Below are positions 45,663 through 54,248 of a DNA stretch of 64,000 nucleotides, one piece after another (the first letter of the stretch is position 1; each line of letters starts with the position of its first letter). The stretch is from a virus (Duplodnaviria; Caudoviricetes), in IMG/VR virus record IMGVR_UViG_3300025133_000020; one strand, 5' to 3'. A model generated the notes under the pieces. It did not search any database. It saw only the letters and a list, made by a program, of their open reading frames with translations, and was not told where the DNA came from. The translations under genes and the position numbers were made by a program.

Positions 45663-45964
45663 CCGAAGAAGAAAGAAAAAAAGGTTTGAACCATATGAAA
45701 GAGGTTCGAAGAAAGGTTCAAGAAAAATGGGAATCTACTGGGTTCCTAGATGGACTGGAAGGGCACATTAAAGAGAATATGACTATCTTAATGGAGAACC
45801 AAGAAAACGCTGTGATAAGCGAGAACCCAACTGGTATGACAAAAGAATGGGATGGGGTGTATTTACCTATCGTAAAACATGTATTCAAGGAACAACTGGC
45901 TGACCAGATACACACACCACTTGCGATACATGTGGCTAAACAATTATCAGGTCATACTTTTTAA
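45659..45964 (+). CDS. stand-alone homolog of the major capsid protein N-terminal region
   Basis: KWESTGFLDGLEGHIKENMTILMENQ...YLPIVKHVF resembles gp23-type N-termini. Confidence 0.55.
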   Translation: MTEEERKKGLNHMKEVRRKVQEKWESTGFLDGLEGHIKENMTILMENQENAVISENPTGMTKEWDGVYLPIVKHVFKEQLADQIHTPLAIHVAKQLSGHTF

Positions 45965-45973
45965 TAATAAAAT

Positions 45974-46053
45974 GCAGGTGTAACCGAGTGTAGCTACGAA
46001 CTACATATCCGTAATAGGAGTTGCAAATGTGGGTTCGATTCCCTCCACCTGTT
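45974..46053 (+). tRNA. rearranged tRNA-Arg(ACG)
   Basis: GCAGGTG-TA-ACCG-[TGTAG CTACGAA CTACA]-CGT-AATAGGAGTTGCAAAT-T arm; U73. Confidence 0.75.
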
Positions 46054-46066
46054 CTAAATAATAAAC

Positions 46067-46207
46067 ATGAGAGCATACACTAACAAGACTGATAAGGTAG
46101 ATAGTCGAAAATGCCTTTACAGCGAAATCAGAGCTAACGATAAAGCTAGAAAGAAGGCTGCAAGGCGAGAAGCAAAACAAGAGTTCGAATCTCTTGGAGG
46201 GTACTAA
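46067..46207 (+). CDS. small basic ORF ending in a tRNA 3'-half remnant
   Basis: 46 aa; the last codons are AAGAG-TTCGAAT-CTCTT-GGAGGGT-A. Confidence 0.45.
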   Translation: MRAYTNKTDKVDSRKCLYSEIRANDKARKKAARREAKQEFESLGGY

Positions 46208-46391
46208 AAATTGATATAATGGCAACAGTATATAAGATTGAGATTGAAGCAGTAAGTCCTTGGACTAATTATCCACCAGAAGTGGTGGAAGAGATGCTTA
46301 AAGAGTTGATAGAGAAACGTAGAGATGCGAAAGGTAGTCGAACCTTTCAAGATAACGTTAAGGTCAACGTAACGCGAAAAGCGTAAAATAT

Positions 46392-46470
46392 GGCGGTGTA
46401 ACCCGTTCAGGTTTCGACCCTGTTAACGGTAATGGAGTTGCAAATGTGGGTTCGAGTCCCACCTCCGTCT
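46392..46470 (+). tRNA. rearranged tRNA-Arg(TCG)
   Basis: GGCGGTG-TA-ACCCGT-[CAGG TTTCGAC CCTG]-ACGGT-AATGGAGTTGCAAAT-T arm; U73. Confidence 0.75.
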
Positions 46471-46507
46471 CCCTGAACTTTTGTACCTTAGCTGCATATT
46501 TATATGT

Positions 46508-47152
46508 ATGAGGAAACAAAAGAAATATCATTACATCTATAAGACTACTTGTAGTGTAACAAATAGATACTATGTTGGAATGCATAGTACAGATAATTTA
46601 GATGATGGATATATGGGTAGTGGTAAACGCCTGTGGCACTCATTTAACTATCATGGAAAGGATAATCATTCAGTAGAGATATTGGAGTATTATGATACCA
46701 GAAAGGGGTTGAGAGAACGAGAGGCTGAGTTGGTTAATGAAGACCTATTGAAAGAAGATTTATGTATGAATCTAAAGACAGGTGGTGATGGTGGGTTCGT
46801 TAATTTATCCGCATGTACTAAAGGTGGTCACGCCAGAGCTAAATCTACTAACCGCATAATGTGGGATGAAAATCCAGAGAAATATTTTGAAATCTTTTCT
46901 ACTAGAATGAAAAAAACGTGGGAAGACCCAGAATATAGAGAGAAGATGTTGAAGGTTATTAATTGGGAAGGTAGAGAACATAGCGAAGAAACCAAACAGA
47001 AGATGTCTGAAACCAAAAAAGGTACTGGCACTGGTAAAACTAACTCACAGTATGGTACTTGTTGGATAACCAAGGATGGCTACAATAAGAAGATAAAGAA
47101 AGAAGAGTTAAACGAATATATTGAGAATAGTTGGGTTAAAGGGAGAAAATGA
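46508..47152 (+). CDS. GIY-YIG (Seg-like) homing endonuclease with NUMOD3
   Basis: Third paralog of 40771/42684. Confidence 0.85.
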   Translation: MRKQKKYHYIYKTTCSVTNRYYVGMHSTDNLDDGYMGSGKRLWHSFNYHGKDNHSVEILEYYDTRKGLREREAELVNEDLLKEDLCMNLKTGGDGGFVNLSACTKGGHARAKSTNRIMWDENPEKYFEIFSTRMKKTWEDPEYREKMLKVINWEGREHSEETKQKMSETKKGTGTGKTNSQYGTCWITKDGYNKKIKKEELNEYIENSWVKGRK

Positions 47153-47188
47153 CTTGTTTCCCTCATATTAATTGTGTATCTTTGTAAG

Positions 47189-47776
47189 ATGGTTAAGATT
47201 AGTTTAGGTGATGGTTTATTTACCATAATTGATGATTCCAACTACGATAAGGTATCTAAATATACTTGGCATGTAACTCCAAGTAATTATGCTGCCGCTA
47301 CGATAGGTGGGGTTACTATACTACTACATAGGTTTATCATTAATCCACCCGTTGGTATGGTCGTTGACCATATAGATGGTGATAGGTTAGACAATAGGAA
47401 GAACAATCTCAGAGTCTGTACACAGGGTGAGAATCTTAGAAACCGACTTAAACATTATAGAGGTGGTACATCAAAGTATAAGGGTGTGAGTTATAATCGT
47501 GAAGCAGGTAAATGGTTAACTAGAATAAGGGTAGAGAATGTGAAATATGGTTTGGGGTCTTATCACGATGAATTAGACGCAGCCTTAGCTTACAATATTG
47601 GTAGTGTGTTATTATCACCTAAATTTGGTAAGCTTAACGTTATACCTTGTATAAACAACGAACGAATATTATCCAACTATACTTGTTCAAAATTGGTGAA
47701 GGTCAGTAAATTATCATTGGGTGTTACTAAGGAAGTATTAACCAAATACAAATATGAAAGAAAACGAAGAGATTGA
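47189..47776 (+). CDS. HNH endonuclease with AP2 domain
   Basis: VVDHIDGDRLDNRKNNLR; SKYKGVS...AALAYN. Confidence 0.85.
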   Translation: MVKISLGDGLFTIIDDSNYDKVSKYTWHVTPSNYAAATIGGVTILLHRFIINPPVGMVVDHIDGDRLDNRKNNLRVCTQGENLRNRLKHYRGGTSKYKGVSYNREAGKWLTRIRVENVKYGLGSYHDELDAALAYNIGSVLLSPKFGKLNVIPCINNERILSNYTCSKLVKVSKLSLGVTKEVLTKYKYERKRRD

Positions 47777-48068
47777 TTTATTAGGGACACTAACCCTATA
47801 TAAGAAGGGTGGTAGAATGACCCCAATGTGGTCAGGCTACTGGGGCGCTGCTGATGTCGATGGTGATTTACATTCTTGTGGGTTCCTATTCGATGAAAAG
47901 GAATTAGCGCTGGGTGAATCATGTGAAGCTCGTATGAGATTCTTATTCAGTTCACACGAAGCCTTCAACGTAAAAACTTCAGTAGGTGCAACCTTAGTGA
48001 TGAAAGAAGGTGTACGAAGTATAGGTGAATTCGAGGTCACCGAAATATTAAATGCCTCTATGGTGTAA
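47754..48068 (+). CDS. small protein resembling EF-Tu domain III
   Basis: GGRMTPMWSGY...GATLVMKEGVRSIGEFEV; the stop codon lies within tRNA-Arg(CCT). Confidence 0.45.
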   Translation: MKENEEIDLLGTLTLYKKGGRMTPMWSGYWGAADVDGDLHSCGFLFDEKELALGESCEARMRFLFSSHEAFNVKTSVGATLVMKEGVRSIGEFEVTEILNASMV

Positions 48069-48126
48069 CTGGATAGCATAAGTCTTTCCTAAAGATTTAG
48101 TTCGGGTTCGAGTCCTGGTAGGGGTA
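48054..48126 (+). tRNA. tRNA-Arg(CCT)
   Basis: Canonical cloverleaf. Confidence 0.85.
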
Positions 48127-48137
48127 CAATGCAAAAT

Positions 48138-48218
48138 GGTGGAGTAGTCCCGACTTTTTTCTAAATAGTTAAGGGTAATTGGAAGCTGCAAATGAGGGTT
48201 CGACCCCCTTCTCCACTT
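48138..48218 (+). tRNA. rearranged tRNA-Arg(TCT)
   Basis: GGTGGAG-TA-GTCC-[anticodon arm, loop TTTCTAA]-GGGT-AATTGGAAGCTGCAAAT-T arm; U73. Confidence 0.65.
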
Positions 48219-48259
48219 CAACTATTGACAATACCAAGATGTTTCTTTATACTTGTAGT

Positions 48260-48502
48260 ATGAAGAACAACTACATTACCCCAGAAGATATTAATAACGC
48301 CACAGATTCAGAATTTGTTGAGCTTATTACCCGTATGGCGAATAATTGCGCCAAGACGTTCCGTTTCCCAAGTATCACTCAACGTACCATTAGCACTAAT
48401 AATGCTATCAATTCCGCATTATGGGCGCAGCATCTTGTTGGTGATAGTAACCCATTCGAGTTCTTTAATGATATAATGAAAAGGTCAATCATAGCATCAT
48501 GA
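48260..48502 (+). CDS. hypothetical protein
   Basis: TTGACA promoter directly upstream. Confidence 0.5.
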   Translation: MKNNYITPEDINNATDSEFVELITRMANNCAKTFRFPSITQRTISTNNAINSALWAQHLVGDSNPFEFFNDIMKRSIIAS

Positions 48503-49059
48503 AGAAGAAAATACACATCGGTTGCGATGACAGACCATCAGAGACCACCGATATGGTGGAATCAATCCTAACCAACCTTAAGGTGCCATATGAAATCCTT
48601 GAGGAAACCGAGGAAGATGTAACAATAGAATACACACCACCCAAACCAACCCATACACACTCAGAGAGAGTGGAGAAAATGATTTATACGAAATGGGAAG
48701 GTAGTGGTTTCCTTGCTGGGTTGGAAGACGATATGACCAGACCAATGGCTGAGGTGTTCACAGAAGTGAGTCAATATCTATTATTACACACATCAGATGA
48801 AGATAGGGCTTCGTGGTCACACATAATATTCCCAACGGTTAGAAGGGTATTCACAGCTATAGCTAAGAGTGGTGATACTAGTAATTTCGATATGAACGTA
48901 TTCATACAGGAGTACTCGAAACGTCACGAAGAATTAGATAAGAAATTAAAGAAGGACCCACCAACCAGTTACTATGCTATAGATTTAGAGGCTGAAAAGT
49001 GTGCTATCATAAGCGATGAATTAATCAAGTTTTTCCTAGATGGAGTGCCCGAAGAATGA
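48499..49059 (+). CDS. protein containing a capsid-N-terminus-like segment
   Basis: KWEGSGFLAGLE...IIFPTVRRVF; paralogous to 45659. Confidence 0.5.
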   Translation: MKKKIHIGCDDRPSETTDMVESILTNLKVPYEILEETEEDVTIEYTPPKPTHTHSERVEKMIYTKWEGSGFLAGLEDDMTRPMAEVFTEVSQYLLLHTSDEDRASWSHIIFPTVRRVFTAIAKSGDTSNFDMNVFIQEYSKRHEELDKKLKKDPPTSYYAIDLEAEKCAIISDELIKFFLDGVPEE

Positions 49060-49444
49060 TTGTAATGGTGAACTGATTAAGGTTCGCAAATTCTACGTCT
49101 GTGAAGCCTGTTGTTCAGACACAATAAGTTTCGATGAGATTACCAAGATTGCTGCTGAAGGTAGAAACGTATTACAAAGCAAACCTAAAGGTAAATCCAT
49201 TGAGATAACCAACCCAGAGTATATGGGATTCTACCCGTACACATTGACCAGTAAAACAAAGTGGCGAGAGAACTACCAACTGAAAGGTAAGGACGGTAAA
49301 GCTGTGGGTGCATTGGTCTTAGCAGATTACACCAAGTGTAAATTCATAACCAGTACAGAACCCAAATACATGGCTCACCTACGACATAAGGATTATGTGA
49401 TTACCGTGAGTATACAGGAAGACGATATTAAATTCCATAAATAA
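49040..49444 (+). CDS. hypothetical protein with N-terminal Zn ribbon
   Basis: CPKNDC..CEACC. Confidence 0.5.
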   Translation: MECPKNDCNGELIKVRKFYVCEACCSDTISFDEITKIAAEGRNVLQSKPKGKSIEITNPEYMGFYPYTLTSKTKWRENYQLKGKDGKAVGALVLADYTKCKFITSTEPKYMAHLRHKDYVITVSIQEDDIKFHK

Positions 49445-49480
49445 TTTGGTAATCACGATTTAATTCCGTACCTTTGTAAG

Positions 49481-49810
49481 ATGCGCAATACCCCCGTAGG
49501 TGATATATTCTATCATGATAATACATGTGGTAAGGTTGATTGGGACTTAGATAGGTTTCTTGATTTCTACGTGGATGACGAAACGTTTGAGCGTGAACCA
49601 GTTTTGGTTGTCGAGGTTAAGGATATCGTACCAACACAACAATACGTGCATCAGCATAATATAGATAGCGTGTCAGAGGTCGGTAACGACACTGGAGCTT
49701 ATCTTGTACTATCTAAAGGGTTGTACTATGTAATCGATGGTCATCATAGAATTTCCAGTGAAATACGTAGAGGCGCAGCAACAATAACAGCATTTGTTTA
49801 TAAATTATGA
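49481..49810 (+). CDS. ParB/sulfiredoxin-like domain protein
   Basis: IVPTQ..YYVIDGHHRI. Confidence 0.6.
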   Translation: MRNTPVGDIFYHDNTCGKVDWDLDRFLDFYVDDETFEREPVLVVEVKDIVPTQQYVHQHNIDSVSEVGNDTGAYLVLSKGLYYVIDGHHRISSEIRRGAATITAFVYKL

Positions 49811-50190
49811 GCGTGAAAAGATTATTATGGCTTGATGATGTACGTGACCCGTTCCGTAATGATTGGCTTGTATTCTCACCCATTGAAGACCCGTATGACG
49901 TGGTTTGGGTTAAATCCTATAAGGAGTTTGTTGCTTGGATAACCGAGAACGGCTTACCTGACGGGATTTGTTTTGACCATGATTTAGCCGACTTCTACTA
50001 TGACCCATCACGATACCAAGAGACTGTTATATGGCATGAGAAGACAGGTATGGACTGCGCTAAGTGGTTGGTCGAATACTGTATGGATAATGATAAACCT
50101 TTACCTAGATGGAACATTCAAAGCGCCAACGATGTGGGTAAGGAGAATATTCAGAGATATTTAGTTAATTACCTTAAGAGTTGTAACTGA
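49807..50190 (+). CDS. cyclic-phosphate-processing receiver-like domain protein
   Basis: LWLDDVRDP, ICFDHDL, TGMDCAKWL, IQSANDVG. Confidence 0.65.
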   Translation: MSVKRLLWLDDVRDPFRNDWLVFSPIEDPYDVVWVKSYKEFVAWITENGLPDGICFDHDLADFYYDPSRYQETVIWHEKTGMDCAKWLVEYCMDNDKPLPRWNIQSANDVGKENIQRYLVNYLKSCN

Positions 50191-50209
50191 TAGGTGTATA
50201 TTTATATGC

Positions 50210-50536
50210 ATGTACGAATACAGAGCAAAGATTTTAGAAGTATATGACGGTGATACCGTAACAGCAGAAATTGACTTGGGTTTCAAAATAAAGTTCGTTG
50301 AAAAGATACGACTATATGGTATTAACACACCTGAAGTGAGGGGTAAGGAGCGTGAGGATGGTTTAGTATCCAGAGATGCCCTTAGAGACCGTATCCTAGG
50401 TGAGTATGTTACAATCAAAACCCAGCGAGATAAGAAGGGTAAGTATGGTAGATATATAGGTGAGATATTCATCGGTGAAGAGAATATAAACGATTGGTTG
50501 GTGACCGAGGGGTTAGCTGAATATAGAGATTACTAA
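50210..50536 (+). CDS. thermonuclease (SNase-like)
   Basis: YDGDTV, IRLYGINTPE, KYGRYIG. Confidence 0.85.
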   Translation: MYEYRAKILEVYDGDTVTAEIDLGFKIKFVEKIRLYGINTPEVRGKEREDGLVSRDALRDRILGEYVTIKTQRDKKGKYGRYIGEIFIGEENINDWLVTEGLAEYRDY

Positions 50537-50537
50537 T

Positions 50538-51119
50538 ATGGGATTATCAATAAGCGAATTACTTAACGAGGTGATAGAAAACCAATCATACCTATTGTAT
50601 CATGGTTCACCACAGGAGATTAAAAACTTCACAGATGAATTTGTGGGCGCTGAAGAGGCTACTGACCAAGAAGGACCAGGAATTTACTTCACCACATCAT
50701 ATGATGATGCGTTGGGGTATGCTGAGGGTGATGGTGGTTATGTTTATACGGTAAGGGTGAATCCAAGAGTATTATTTGACGAATCAGAAGAAATCACTAT
50801 TGATAGGGACTTATTGGTGAAGTTGGTATTAATGTCAGATGATTGGGAGACTGCCGCTAGTAATTGGAGTGAGGATGCTAGAACTGGTGTTGAAATGTTA
50901 GTTGATAGTGCTTTCGAGTACAATGATAACGAGAAGGATGTTCTACTACAGATTTGGATTGAAGCTTACAGGTATGAGGGTGTTGATTACATTAGAAACT
51001 GTGTTAAACTGGGTATTGATGGTGTTATCGTTAACAGAGAAGGTAACAGGAAACACGTAATCATATACAATCCCGACATCATTGAAGTTAGAGAGGTTGA
51101 AAGAGTATCTAGAGATTAA
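50538..51119 (+). CDS. ADP-ribosyltransferase-fold protein
   Basis: LYHGS...GPGIYFTTS...ALGYA pattern. Confidence 0.5.
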   Translation: MGLSISELLNEVIENQSYLLYHGSPQEIKNFTDEFVGAEEATDQEGPGIYFTTSYDDALGYAEGDGGYVYTVRVNPRVLFDESEEITIDRDLLVKLVLMSDDWETAASNWSEDARTGVEMLVDSAFEYNDNEKDVLLQIWIEAYRYEGVDYIRNCVKLGIDGVIVNREGNRKHVIIYNPDIIEVREVERVSRD

Positions 51120-51156
51120 AGTTGCCAGTCTCAAATAAATCCCGTATATTTGTAAA

Positions 51157-51480
51157 ATGATAAAACACTTCAAGAGAATTGGTAGGTTAAACAACTTAGA
51201 CCCTGCACCTATATCTGAAAGGGGTATGAAGTTAATGGAAGAGGCTGGAGAATTAGCCAAAGAGATTAACAGAACCACAGGTAGAAAAAAGGGTACCCAC
51301 CCCACCAAAGAGGTTAGACATGACTTATTATCCGAGGCGGCTGATACGATTCAATGTGTATTCTCAATCATTCACCAATTCAATGAGGAAAATAAATTCA
51401 ATGCACCTGAAATCACATATCAGGAGTTGGAAGATAAAGTTGGGGTTAAGAATGATAAATGGGTTAACTCTCTCGATTAA
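51157..51480 (+). CDS. MazG-like nucleotide pyrophosphohydrolase
   Basis: KLMEEAGELA..SEAADTIQC. Confidence 0.75.
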   Translation: MIKHFKRIGRLNNLDPAPISERGMKLMEEAGELAKEINRTTGRKKGTHPTKEVRHDLLSEAADTIQCVFSIIHQFNEENKFNAPEITYQELEDKVGVKNDKWVNSLD

Positions 51481-51497
51481 GGTGCATATTTATATGC

Positions 51498-51761
51498 ATG
51501 AGGGATGATATCAGATTAGCATTACGTGAAGCGTTATCGATTAAAGGGGTAGTCTACGAAGTAGTTAAACCAGACGGTCACGATAAGCCAATATACATCA
51601 GTAAGGAAGGTATATTAGGTATGAATGGTGAGGCAATCTCTTGGAAAGAGATTAACCAATATGAAGCATTGTCTCAAAGTCCCGATTTAGGAAAAGCGGT
51701 GGAGAAATTCAATTCTCAATTCGAAAAGAACCGTAGAGAGAAATTCAAAATGCATAACTAA
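51498..51761 (+). CDS. hypothetical protein with LRE leader
   Basis: MRDDIRLALREAL; TATTTATA upstream. Confidence 0.6.
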   Translation: MRDDIRLALREALSIKGVVYEVVKPDGHDKPIYISKEGILGMNGEAISWKEINQYEALSQSPDLGKAVEKFNSQFEKNRREKFKMHN

Positions 51762-51800
51762 CCCCTTGTTATTCTAAAAAATAAAGTGTATCTTTGCAAC

Positions 51801-52337
51801 ATGAGTAGATTCACACTTAAGCCTATATCCAAATATCAGGATGAGTTAGCGGCAACCTTTTCCGAATCGTGTATAGCTACAAACGTAGCGGAATACGCTA
51901 GAAGAGACCAGAGTGACGTTAATAAGATTGCTTATGACATCTACAACGGTAAGGTAGCTGAATATATGGTATTCAATCATCTATTAAAGAATGGTAAGAG
52001 TGCCACACCACCAGATGTTATGATATATGAGAAGAATGAGAAATCGTTTGATGCTGATATTACGTCTGGTGAGATACAGATTCACGTTAAGAGTTGTCAA
52101 GCTGATACACCATTTGGTCATTCATGGGTATTTCAACCACAGGACTCATTGGTTAGTAACCCAACCGAGAATGATTTTCTAGCGCTATGTGTTATTGGTG
52201 AAGAGTCCTATATGTATTTGGTTAAAGCTATGGATATGGACTTTAATACTCCGATAAAAAGTAATTTGAATAAGAAAGTGATATATGAGGATTTTGTTAA
52301 GACTTATACTCACATGAAAAAGAATAAGGTCATATAA
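51801..52337 (+). CDS. restriction-endonuclease-like (PD-(D/E)XK) protein
   Basis: GKVAEY...FDADI..IHVKS. Confidence 0.5.
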   Translation: MSRFTLKPISKYQDELAATFSESCIATNVAEYARRDQSDVNKIAYDIYNGKVAEYMVFNHLLKNGKSATPPDVMIYEKNEKSFDADITSGEIQIHVKSCQADTPFGHSWVFQPQDSLVSNPTENDFLALCVIGEESYMYLVKAMDMDFNTPIKSNLNKKVIYEDFVKTYTHMKKNKVI

Positions 52338-52354
52338 GTATCTATTTATAGAGT

Positions 52355-52786
52355 ATGGAAGATAAACTTAAAGATAAGCTAAGAGAAGCGTTAGAAGGGG
52401 AAGTAAAAGTCCTATACTCTGCGGTTGTATTGACTGAAGAGGCTCATAGCAAATTAGTTACCACATTACAGAGCGATATACCTGAAGGGTGGAAACTATT
52501 CGCCCATCACATGACAATCATATTCGGACAAGGATTACCAGAGGAACAGAAAGTTAACTTAGGTAAGACGGTCAAGTTGACTGCCACACACCTTGGACAA
52601 TCAGGTATGGCTATAGCAGTAGGTGTTACTGGGTACCCATCCAATAACGAGAAACCGCACATTACAGTAGCGGTCAACGTAGCTGAAGGTGGTAAACCCT
52701 TCATGTCCAACAAGATAGAAGAATGGTTACCATTATCACAACCGATAGAGTTGAGTGGTGTGGTAACAGAAATCAAAGCAAACTAA
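52355..52786 (+). CDS. 2H phosphoesterase (tRNA ligase CPDase-like)
   Basis: HHMTI and PHITV motifs; leader MEDKLKDKLREALE. Confidence 0.75.
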   Translation: MEDKLKDKLREALEGEVKVLYSAVVLTEEAHSKLVTTLQSDIPEGWKLFAHHMTIIFGQGLPEEQKVNLGKTVKLTATHLGQSGMAIAVGVTGYPSNNEKPHITVAVNVAEGGKPFMSNKIEEWLPLSQPIELSGVVTEIKAN

Positions 52787-52787
52787 A

Positions 52788-53033
52788 ATGTTAGAAGAAC
52801 TTATAGAATTATACCCAGACGAGGAATTTATGATTGCTGATGGGTTGGATGATGCTATTGTAGGTGTAGACCCAGTTAAACTGGTGGTGATATATTCCAT
52901 TGCGGATATATTGGAGATACTTATGGAGCGAGATGGGATGTCCAGAGAGGATGCAATAGAGTTCTTCGATTTCAATATCGCTGGTGCCTATGTTGGTGAG
53001 CGAACACCAATATGGTTAGATAACCTAACGTAA
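52788..53033 (+). CDS. hypothetical phage protein
   Basis: ADGLDDAIVG..FFDFNIAGAYVGERTP, a pattern common in phages. Confidence 0.55.
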   Translation: MLEELIELYPDEEFMIADGLDDAIVGVDPVKLVVIYSIADILEILMERDGMSREDAIEFFDFNIAGAYVGERTPIWLDNLT

Positions 53034-53251
53034 TGATAGTAACCGTAGAAGGGGTGATGTTTGAAGTAACCAACGAGCTACCAATTGTAGGTGAGATGTA
53101 TATCGGAACCTACGGTGATGGTGAACCACAGTTATATGAGGCTAAAACGGTAGATATGGAGATGATGTGGGTGGTTTCTGAGAAGGGTAGTTCCCCACAT
53201 GAATTCAATGAATGTAAACGAGTAATACGAATAATAGATGAGTTTAATTAG
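53033..53251 (+). CDS. hypothetical protein
   Basis: Coupled ORF. Confidence 0.45.
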   Translation: MIVTVEGVMFEVTNELPIVGEMYIGTYGDGEPQLYEAKTVDMEMMWVVSEKGSSPHEFNECKRVIRIIDEFN

Positions 53252-53726
53252 AGAGTGGGACGCAAGGTTCTTAGAATTAGCAACGAATATCTCCACGTGG
53301 AGTAAAGACAGAAGCACTGGCACTGGTGCCATCATTGTAGATGCTTTTAGAGACATTGTATCCATAGGGTATAACGGTTTCCCAAGGGGTTGTGATGATG
53401 ATGTAGAAGAAAGGCATGAAAGACCTGCCAAGTACATGTATACTGAACACGCTGAACGTAACGCGATTTATAATTGCGCCAGAAAGGGTGTAAGTACGAA
53501 TGGTTGCACCATGTATCTAATGTGGTTCCCTTGTGCGGATTGTGCTAGAGCAATCATTCAGAGTGGGATTAGCAGGTTGGTGTGTTACCCACCTGATATG
53601 GATAACGCTAAATGGGGTGAGGATTTTATAGTTGCTCAGGATTTACTGGATGAGTCCACCGTTGTAGTGGATTACTTCTACCAACCTAAAGAGAAAGATA
53701 TCTGGGAAGATGATTTACCGTTTTAA
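53238..53726 (+). CDS. dCMP deaminase
   Basis: SIGYNG, HAERNAI, PCADCARAI. Confidence 0.88.
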   Translation: MSLIREWDARFLELATNISTWSKDRSTGTGAIIVDAFRDIVSIGYNGFPRGCDDDVEERHERPAKYMYTEHAERNAIYNCARKGVSTNGCTMYLMWFPCADCARAIIQSGISRLVCYPPDMDNAKWGEDFIVAQDLLDESTVVVDYFYQPKEKDIWEDDLPF

Positions 53727-53771
53727 TTTGTTATTGTCAGAATAAAATTGTACCTTTGCAAAAAATGAAGT

Positions 53772-54248
53772 ATGGCTAAAGAATTAGAGATTGAACGAAA
53801 GTTCTTGCTGAAGAAAACACCAGAGGGTATGTTCTTCGATATGCGTTCTGATATCGTACAGTATTATTTACCACAAGATGAGAATGGTTATACTGTTAGG
53901 GTCAGGGAAGCGGAACAACATGGAACTAAGAAATATTTCCTAACCAAGAAGAAGTATATCAGTCCAACGGTTAACGAAGAGATTGAGAAGCAAATAGATG
54001 GTGCTGAATTTCACTACCATAGGAAGAAAGCGTTAACAGTCTTATCCAAGGTGAGGTATTTCCACACTATAGATGGTTTGACTTGGGAAGTTGACGTATT
54101 CAATGGGATGGACTTAATCATAGCTGAAATAGAGTTAGAGTCAGAGGATTACAAATTAGAGATACCAGAAGTGATTACTGATGTATTAATAAAGGAAGTA
54201 TCTGGTATCAAAGAGTTTTATAATCAACAATTATCTTCACCTGTATAA
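53772..54248 (+). CDS. CYTH-domain triphosphatase
   Basis: EIERKFL, WEVDVF, AEIEL. Confidence 0.8.
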   Translation: MAKELEIERKFLLKKTPEGMFFDMRSDIVQYYLPQDENGYTVRVREAEQHGTKKYFLTKKKYISPTVNEEIEKQIDGAEFHYHRKKALTVLSKVRYFHTIDGLTWEVDVFNGMDLIIAEIELESEDYKLEIPEVITDVLIKEVSGIKEFYNQQLSSPV

